Made by a program: the position numbers and the translations under genes | Part shown: piece after piece, positions 15,387 to 24,000 of the stretch | How positions within the stretch are numbered: the first letter of the stretch is position 1 | How the letters are laid out: the number at the start of each line of letters is the position of its first letter | Notes under the pieces: model-generated | The model's input: the letters and a program-made list of their open reading frames with translations, nothing else | What the model was told of the DNA's origin: nothing | Database searches by the model: none | Source: Halorussus sp. AFM4 | GTDB lineage: Archaea; Halobacteriota; Halobacteria; Halobacteriales; Haladaptataceae | Assembly (NCBI RefSeq): GCF_051194995.1 | Contig: NZ_JBNTJT010000001.1 | Span: 795,886-819,885, forward strand | Length of the DNA stretch: 24,000 nucleotides | Direction of reading: 5' to 3'

Positions 15387-16093
15387 CCGTCGACCACCCG
15401 GTCGAACAGCAACAGCCCCTGGACGACGAGCAGGTTGGTGAGGAGGAAGAAGACCGCCTCCTCGACCGGCAGGCCCGCCGCGGACAGCCCGGTCGTGTGC
15501 GTCGGCGAGATGTGCCACAGTCCGGCGTCGAGGGCGACGCCGTCGGCGAACCAGAGGTAGCCCGTCGGGACCGCGACGGCGGTCGCCCACGCCCGGCGCG
15601 CGGCCCAGAGGTGGCCGCCGCCGTAGCCCCACTGGAACGCCAGGACGGGTGCGGCCCACGCGAGCGTCGCGCCGAGGTAGAACGTCGAGGGGCGCCCGAG
15701 CAGTCCGACGCCGACCGCCGCGACGAGCAGCCAGCCGACCGCGCCGACCGGGTTGGCGACCGACCGCCGGTCGGCCGACCGGCGGCCGAACGCCGCGTCA
15801 CACCGGTAGAACCAGAGCCCGGTCAGCACCGTCTGGAGGACGAAGAAGAGGTACTCCTCGGCCGGCACGTCGCCGATCCGGTACGCCACCACGCCGGCGC
15901 CGTAGCGCCAGACGCCCCGTCGGATGAGGTGGGCGTCCCACGGGGCGGTGTACGCGACCGCCATCGCGACGAGCAGCCCCAGGCCGACCGCGTCGCGTCG
16001 TCGGGGGGACGACCGCACCGCGGCGGCCGAGAGCAGGAGTATCGGCGGCAGGAGGAAGACGCCGTGGAACGAGAGGTAGGTGAGTCCGGCCAT
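15377..16093 (-). CDS. crtY: Lycopene beta-cyclase (fused CrtYc/CrtYd type)
   Basis: Two lycopene-cyclase domains (YTAPWDAHLIRRGVWRY...PAEEYLFFVLQT and a second ...LPVEEAVFFLLTN). Its stop overlaps the dioxygenase start by 10 nt. Confidence 0.85.
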   Translation of the reverse strand: MAGLTYLSFHGVFLLPPILLLSAAAVRSSPRRRDAVGLGLLVAMAVAYTAPWDAHLIRRGVWRYGAGVVAYRIGDVPAEEYLFFVLQTVLTGLWFYRCDAAFGRRSADRRSVANPVGAVGWLLVAAVGVGLLGRPSTFYLGATLAWAAPVLAFQWGYGGGHLWAARRAWATAVAVPTGYLWFADGVALDAGLWHISPTHTTGLSAAGLPVEEAVFFLLTNLLVVQGLLLFDRVVDGWA

Positions 16094-16195
16094 CCGAATC
16101 GCGTCTCTGGCCCGGACCTGACAACCCCGCCACTTAGCGTTTTCGCGTGCGGTCGAACCGCCGACCGGACGCCGGCGGTCGGCTCGACGGGCGTC

Positions 16196-16516
16196 TCAGG
16201 CCGCCAGCTCCTCGGCCACAGCGTCGGCCGACAGCAGCGCGGGGTCGAGGATGAGGTCGGCCTGGCCCCGGGCGAAGTCCGGCAGGTCGGCGTCGGTGTA
16301 GACGACCACCCGCAGGTCGTCGTTGAGGTCCTTCGCGACCGGGATGGCGGTCGCGGCACCGGTGTCGGTCAGCACCAGCGCGTCGGCGCCGGTGACGCCG
16401 GCCTCCTCCAGCGCCGGCCGGGTGGCAACCTCGGGTATCCGCGTCACGTCGACCCCCTCGGCCTCGAGGGCGTCGCCCAGTCCGTCGTCGTCGGGACCGA
16501 TCAGGATGGCCTTCAT
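16196..16516 (-). CDS. Small acidic Rossmann/TrkA-N-like protein of unknown function (106 aa)
   Basis: [27 protein letters not shown]...GADALVLTD. Beta-alpha-beta start, but no intact GxGxxG. Its ATG overlaps the guaA TGA (ATGA). Confidence 0.7.
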   Translation of the reverse strand: MKAILIGPDDDGLGDALEAEGVDVTRIPEVATRPALEEAGVTGADALVLTDTGAATAIPVAKDLNDDLRVVVYTDADLPDFARGQADLILDPALLSADAVAEELAA

Positions 16517-17429
16517 TCGTACTCGATGGTCGCCGGCGGCTTGTGGGTCACGTCGTACACCACCCGCGAGACGTTGTCGTTCTGCCCGGTGATACGGCTC
16601 TGGATGCGCTGGAGGGTCTCCCAGTCGATCTCCTGGGCGCGGGCGGTCATCCCGTCGCGGCTCTCGACCGACCGGACCGAGACCACGTGGCCGTGGACCC
16701 GGTTGTCGCCCTTCACGCCGGTGGCCTTGCCGAGGACCGCGGCGAACGCCTGCCACGGGTCGTACTCCTCGAGCTCGTCCTCGACGACGTGGGTCGCCTC
16801 GCGGGCGACCTCGAGCTTCTCCTCGGTGACCTCCCCGAGGATGCGGACCGCCAGGCCCGGCCCGGGGAACGGCATGCGCTCGGCGATGATCTCCTCCAGG
16901 TCGAGCGCCCGGGCGACCTCCCGGACCTCGTCCTTGTAGAGGTCCCGCATCGGCTCGACGATGCCCTCGAAGTCGACGACCTCGGGGAGGCCGCCGACGT
17001 TGTGGTGGGACTTGATGGTGCCCTCGCTCTCGATCCGGTCGGGGTAGATGGTGCCCTGCACCAGGTAGTCGGCGCCGGTCTCCTCGGCGACGGTCTCGAA
17101 CTCCCGGATGAACTGCTCGCCGATGACGTGGCGCTTCTCCTCGGGGTCGGTGACGCCCGCGAGGGCGTCGAGGAACCGGTCCTTGGCGTCGACGATCCGG
17201 AGGCTGTCCATGTAGGCGAACGTCTCGCGGATCTCGTCGGTCTCGCCCTTCCGCATCAGGCCGGTGTCGACGTAGACCGGGGTGAGCTGGTCGCCGACCG
17301 CCTCGTAGGCCAGCGCGGCCGCGGTCGAGGAGTCGACCCCGCCCGACAGCGCGATGACCGCCTGGGCGTCGCCGATCTCCTCGCGGATCTCGGCGACCTT
17401 CTCCTCGACGAACTCGTCGGTGTCGACCA

Positions 17430-17430
<1 letters not shown>
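16513..17430 (-). CDS. guaA: GMP synthase, ATP-pyrophosphatase subunit (subunit B)
   Basis: PP-loop ALSGGVDSS. 305 aa, ending ...KPPATIEYE. No glutamine amidotransferase domain, i.e. the split archaeal form. Confidence 0.9.
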
Positions 17431-20582
<3,152 letters not shown>

Positions 20583-20720
20583 GACGGCGACTGGGAGCGC
20601 CGACCGCGCCCCGGAACCGGGAACTGCGTCCCGGCGACCGGACGCCGGCCGACCCGGAGCCGTCAGACCCCGCCGCGGGCGGACGACAGCGTTTTCCCGG
20701 GTCCGTCCGACCGAACGGCC

Positions 20721-21743
20721 ATGAGCGAGACCGAGACCATGCGGGCGGCGGTGGTCCCCGAGCCGGGCGCCGACTTCGAGCTCGTCGAGCGCGAACTCCC
20801 CGACCCCGGCCCCGACGAGGTCCGGATCGCGGTGGCGGCCTGCGGGGTCTGCCACGGCGACGGGACGGTCAAGGAGGGCCGCAACCCGGCCGTCGAGTTC
20901 CCGCGGGTCCCCGGTCACGAGATCGTCGGCCGCGTCGACGCGGTCGGCTCCGACGTCGCCGAGTGGGAGGCCGGCGACCGGGTCGGCGTCGGCTGGCACG
21001 GCGGCCACTGCTTCACCTGCGAGGACTGCCGGCGGGGCAACTTCCTCCAGTGCGACGACGCGGAGGTGACGGGGCTCTCCCGTGACGGCGGCTACGCAGA
21101 GTACACGCTCGCTCGCCGCGAGGCGCTGGCGGCGGTCCCGGCGTCGCTCGACGGCGCCGACGCCGCGCCGCTGCTCTGCGCGGGCCTCACGACGTTCAAC
21201 GCGCTCCGGCACGCCGACGCCGACGTCGGCGATCTGGTCGCGGTGCTCGGCGTGGGCGGACTCGGCCACCTCGGCGTCCAGTATGCCCGCGCGGCGGGGT
21301 TCGAGACGGTCGCGATCTCCCGCGGCCCGGGGAAGGAGGCGGCGGCCCGCGAGTTCGGCGCGGACCACTACGTCGACAGCGAGGCCGAGGACCCCGCCGC
21401 GGCGCTCGCCGACCTCGGGGGCGCCGACCTCGTGCTCTCGACCGTGCCGGCCAGCGACCCCGTCGCGGCCGTGGTCGACGGCCTCGACACGAACGGCGAC
21501 GTCGTCGCGGTCGGCATCCCGGAGGAGCCGGTGCCGGTCGACGTGCTCGAGCTCGTCGACCCCCGGCGCGGCGTTCGGGGCTGGTCGTCGGGCCACGCCC
21601 GCGACTCCCAGGACGCCCTGGAGTTCAGCGCGCTTCGGGACGTCACGCCCGAGGTCGAGACGTTCGACCTCGCGGACGCCGACGCCGCCTACGAGGCGAT
21701 GCGCGACGGCGACGTGCGGTTCCGCGCGGTCATCGAGCCGTGA
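20721..21743 (+). CDS. Zinc-dependent alcohol dehydrogenase (MDR family)
   Basis: Catalytic Zn ligands GVCHGD and GHEIVG. Structural Zn cluster CFTCEDCRRGNFLQC. Rossmann motif GVGGLGH. Confidence 0.9.
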   Translation: MSETETMRAAVVPEPGADFELVERELPDPGPDEVRIAVAACGVCHGDGTVKEGRNPAVEFPRVPGHEIVGRVDAVGSDVAEWEAGDRVGVGWHGGHCFTCEDCRRGNFLQCDDAEVTGLSRDGGYAEYTLARREALAAVPASLDGADAAPLLCAGLTTFNALRHADADVGDLVAVLGVGGLGHLGVQYARAAGFETVAISRGPGKEAAAREFGADHYVDSEAEDPAAALADLGGADLVLSTVPASDPVAAVVDGLDTNGDVVAVGIPEEPVPVDVLELVDPRRGVRGWSSGHARDSQDALEFSALRDVTPEVETFDLADADAAYEAMRDGDVRFRAVIEP

Positions 21744-21821
21744 GCGTCCGGACCCGGCAACGACCGGAGACGAGCGCGCCACCGCTCCGGGGACCGGTCG
21801 AGTCGCCGGACGACCGGTCGG

Positions 21822-22886
21822 TCACTCGCCCGGCTCGCCGGACCGGGCCGTCGAGACGGTGAACGGCGAGGTGGGCGTCGTGCGCCGGGATATCGTCGCG
21901 ACCCGGACGACGTAGGTGAACAGCACGACGACCGGGGTGAACAGTACCGTCGTGAGCACCGGGAGCAGCACGTGGAGTTGGCCGGTCGTGAGCAGCCGCC
22001 GCGCCGGAACGTCCATCTCCACCGCGATGGACAGCAGCGCCATCGTGGAGATCACCTCGGCCGGGATGCCCACGTAGAGCAGCGCCTTCGAGAGGTACGC
22101 CAGCTCCTCCTGGACGTACACCGTCTTGAAGTACTGCTGGGCGATCTCGATCTGCCGGAGGCGCTGGACGAGGCCGTCCATCGTGTCCTTGGTCTCCTCG
22201 GAGAGCGACGCCTCGTGGCGCTCGCGCAGTCGCGACAGCTCGTGGGTCTGGGTCGAGTAGTCGACGGCGATGGACGCCGAGAGCGCGTCGATCAGGTCGA
22301 CGTCGTCGCGATCGAGGGTCCGCTCGATGGCGCCGATCCGGTCGAGGAACCGGTCGGTGAACGCGGCCACGTCTGACGCCGGCCGCGCGTCGTCGGCCCC
22401 GGAGACTCGGCCGCGCAGCTCCTCGGCCTGCGTGCGGGCGTTCCGGTAGACGAACGCGAGGAAGTCGCCGGGCAACACCGGTGCCGTCGCCTCGCCGACG
22501 TCCTTCTCCACGCGACGGCGGTAGTCGATGGCGTCCTCGAGCCGTTCCTCCAGATCCGACACCGACCCGAGTTCCCGCGACAGCACCAGCTGGTTGATCG
22601 AGAGGACGACGGTGACCAGGGTGAGGTTGCCCGTGAGCAGGCCGCTGAAGAGGTAGAGGTACGGGTCCGACAGCGTTATCGGTAGCAGGCCGGCGACGTC
22701 GAGCGCGACGAACGCCGCGAGGATGACCGCGAGCAGCCCGGCGCTCACCGCCCACCGGTTACCGTCGATGAGGAGCCACCTGCTCACGCCCGTCTCGCGG
22801 GGGTCGTCGCGCGGAGTCGGCGCGTCGCCCGCCCGTTCGCCGGACGGGGCCGTCGCTCGTCGCGTCGCTTTGGAATCCCCCATCAC
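21822..22886 (-). CDS. Multi-pass membrane protein of unknown function with a central soluble helical region
   Basis: N-terminal TM helices, an acidic central segment (DLEERLEDAIDYRRRVEKDVGE...), and C-terminal TM helices. GTG 22886 is directly followed by ATG 22883; either could be the start. Confidence 0.75.
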   Translation of the reverse strand: MMGDSKATRRATAPSGERAGDAPTPRDDPRETGVSRWLLIDGNRWAVSAGLLAVILAAFVALDVAGLLPITLSDPYLYLFSGLLTGNLTLVTVVLSINQLVLSRELGSVSDLEERLEDAIDYRRRVEKDVGEATAPVLPGDFLAFVYRNARTQAEELRGRVSGADDARPASDVAAFTDRFLDRIGAIERTLDRDDVDLIDALSASIAVDYSTQTHELSRLRERHEASLSEETKDTMDGLVQRLRQIEIAQQYFKTVYVQEELAYLSKALLYVGIPAEVISTMALLSIAVEMDVPARRLLTTGQLHVLLPVLTTVLFTPVVVLFTYVVRVATISRRTTPTSPFTVSTARSGEPGE

Positions 22887-22920
22887 GCCGGCGTAGGGAT
22901 TCCGGACTGAATAACCGTTC

Positions 22921-22937
22921 GACCGCGGTCCGCGGTC
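22921..22937. promoter_or_regulatory. Perfect 17-nt palindrome GACCGCGG-T-CCGCGGTC abutting the TATA-like box (22909-22915) of the 22886 gene
   Basis: 8-bp arms with no mismatch. Lies 6 nt upstream of GTTATTC (minus strand), which is about 23-29 nt upstream of the GTG 22886 / ATG 22883 start pair. Confidence 0.45.
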
Positions 22938-23006
22938 TGCCCGGTGGCCCTTCCGCCGGAGGCGCGACCCACCGCGGGCCGCGACGACCGCGGGTACGGT
23001 CGACGC

Positions 23007-23624
23007 TCAGGCGTCGGCCCGGAGGTGCTCGACCAGGAACCCGCTCACGCGGTCGGCCACCTTGCCGTGCTGGCCGACGAAGAAGTGGTCGGCGCTCATC
23101 TCCACGACCTCGCAGTCGAGTTCCCGGGCGCGCTCGACCAGCGGCCGCCAGTCGGCGGTGTCGTCGCGCGTCCCGTAGACGACCTGCACCGGCGCCTCGA
23201 CGTCCGTCAGCGCCGCGGCCGCGTCGAGGTCGTCGGCCAGCCGCGACGCCGGCGCGAGCAGCGAGACCGCGTCCGGCTGGGGGTCGACCGTCGCGGCCGC
23301 GAGCGCCGCGATCGCGCCGCCGAAACTGAAGCCGAAGATGCCCGCCCGGTCGTACCGGTCGCGGGCCCACCGGAGCGCGTTGCGGGCGTCCTCGCGCTCG
23401 CCGTACCCCTCGTCCCAGTCGCCGTAGTCGAACCGGAGGCAGGCGACTCCCTCGGCCGCAAGCGCCTCGCTCACGGCGGTCAGCCGCTTGTCGCCGCGGT
23501 GGCCGCGGTGCTGCGGGTGGGGCGGGCACGCGACCACTACCGCGTCGGGGTCGGCGCCCTCGGGAGCGTCGAGGGTCGCGCGCACGTCCCGGCCGCCGGG
23601 GATCGGCAGGTCCTCGGAGTGCAT
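23007..23624 (-). CDS. Alpha/beta-fold hydrolase (COG2945-like)
   Basis: Nucleophile elbow GFSFGG. 205 aa with an alpha/beta hydrolase layout. A late Asp/His pair (TRDDTAD...ADHFF) is present. Confidence 0.85.
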   Translation of the reverse strand: MHSEDLPIPGGRDVRATLDAPEGADPDAVVVACPPHPQHRGHRGDKRLTAVSEALAAEGVACLRFDYGDWDEGYGEREDARNALRWARDRYDRAGIFGFSFGGAIAALAAATVDPQPDAVSLLAPASRLADDLDAAAALTDVEAPVQVVYGTRDDTADWRPLVERARELDCEVVEMSADHFFVGQHGKVADRVSGFLVEHLRADA

Positions 23625-23647
23625 GGGCGTTGGTAGTGCGAGCGGTC

Positions 23648-23655
23648 GGATAAGG
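23648..23655 (-). promoter_or_regulatory. TATA-like box (CCTTATCC on the minus strand) for the hydrolase gene
   Basis: About 29 nt upstream of ATG 23624. Confidence 0.4.
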
Positions 23656-23729
23656 GTTGTACTCCGGGTTCGGGCTGATGCTCCTCTCGTCTGTCAACAC
23701 GATGCCGCAATACGAACGCCGAACGCTCA

Positions 23730-23838
23730 GAAAGCCCCCGCTCGCTCGCGGTCGCTCGCCGACATATCCGACGGACGTCGTTGCGTCGGATAGGGGTCGC
23801 CGAGACGACCAGGTAAACGCGAGCGAGCGGCCCCTTTC
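23730..23838. repeat. Nested inverted-repeat element: 21-nt outer arms (18/21 complementary) enclosing a perfect 8-bp hairpin
   Basis: Outer arms GAAAGCCCCCGCTCGCTCGCG (23730-23750) and CGCGAGCGAGCGGCCCCTTTC (23818-23838). Inner hairpin ATCCGACG-GACGTCGTTG-CGTCGGAT (23766-23791). Confidence 0.75.
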
Positions 23839-23860
23839 AGTCCACCCAAACCCCCGTTGT

Positions 23861-23914
23861 GTCACCGAGCGTCCGCGGATGGTTCGCGTCACCGAGCGCG
23901 CCCGGATTCGGCGC
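23861..23914. repeat. Two 27-nt direct repeats with perfect 11-nt core GTCACCGAGCG
   Basis: Cores at 23861 and 23888. 19/27 identity overall. Confidence 0.7.
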
Positions 23915-23977
23915 CGGCCGACCGCCCGCCGAGCCCCGATGTCGAACGCCCGTCTGACGACTGTTGGAGAGGTGAGG

Positions 23978-23984
23978 ATTTTAA
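23978..23984 (+). promoter_or_regulatory. TATA box (ATTTTAA), probably for a plus-strand gene starting just beyond the window
   Basis: GGTGAGGATTTTAAGGGTC, with purine-rich BRE-like bases upstream. Nothing downstream can be seen. Confidence 0.35.
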
Positions 23985-24000
23985 GGGTCAGGTCACGAAA

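Noticed and set aside
14361-15659. N-terminal extensions of track ORFs (for example 14361..15659, 5403..6179, 8449..9045, 9065..9880, 10232..11041, 16196..16756, 16513..18225, 17430..19301)
   Set aside because: In each case the extension is Arg/Pro/Gly-rich and runs into the neighbouring gene or promoter. An internal ATG coincides with the start of family homology, usually with a TATA-like patch 25-32 nt upstream or a stop/start overlap.
13324-15801. 825-aa minus-strand ORF across htrII, the dioxygenase and crtY
   Set aside because: An out-of-frame Arg/Pro/Gly read-through across three real genes, with no recognisable domain.
22928-22935. A shared GTCCGCGG motif linking the htrII-sopII repeats, the 22921 palindrome and the 23861 repeat
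   Set aside because: By base composition this 8-mer is expected about twice per strand in 24 kb. Three of the five plus-strand hits come from one tandem array, so the cross-locus link is not significant.
22759-23892. 377-aa minus-strand ORF over the hydrolase region
   Set aside because: Arg/Pro-rich and out of frame with the GFSFGG hydrolase ORF. It extends through a repeat-rich intergenic region.

Overview
This is a high-GC (about 70%) haloarchaeal (class Halobacteria) chromosomal segment. The signs are acidic predicted proteins, a PGF-CTERM sorting signal, a Tat lipoprotein, and short A/T-rich TATA-like patches 25-32 nt upstream of many start codons (leaderless-type promoters). Very long antisense shadow ORFs are also present, as expected in GC-rich DNA. 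I support 24 protein genes plus one disrupted paralog.

The centrepiece is a same-strand photosensory block on the minus strand (16093 down to 11085): lycopene cyclase crtY, then a Brp/Blh beta-carotene dioxygenase (10-nt overlap), then the long-form transducer htrII, then sensory rhodopsin II (sopII).

Other genes:
- a pyrG / guaA (ATP-pyrophosphatase subunit) / small unknown protein operon with overlapping stop and start codons
- a GTPBP1-like translational-type GTPase followed by two tandem 4-TM paralogs
- a PGF-CTERM surface glycoprotein
- a membrane protein fusing a degenerate Mrr-like nuclease fold to an extracytoplasmic DUF4352-like domain
- HAD, MBL-fold, cupin, alpha/beta hydrolase, Zn-ADH, DedA and PsiE-like genes, and a Tat-lipoprotein S1C protease
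- a translationally coupled pair of very acidic Cys-motif proteins

I recognise no rRNA, tRNA, CRISPR array, transposase or integrase.

The least explained signals:
1. A 27-nt x4 tandem repeat fills the htrII-sopII spacer. It carries an unlisted 55-codon ORF that overlaps both neighbours.
2. A 567-nt GC-rich stretch (9416-9982) shows no coding signal but has strong hairpins.
3. A T7 homopolymer separates the GTG start of the second 4-TM paralog from its conserved body.
4. Several tandem and inverted repeat elements sit in divergent promoter regions.

All family assignments come from motif recognition by eye. No database search was run.
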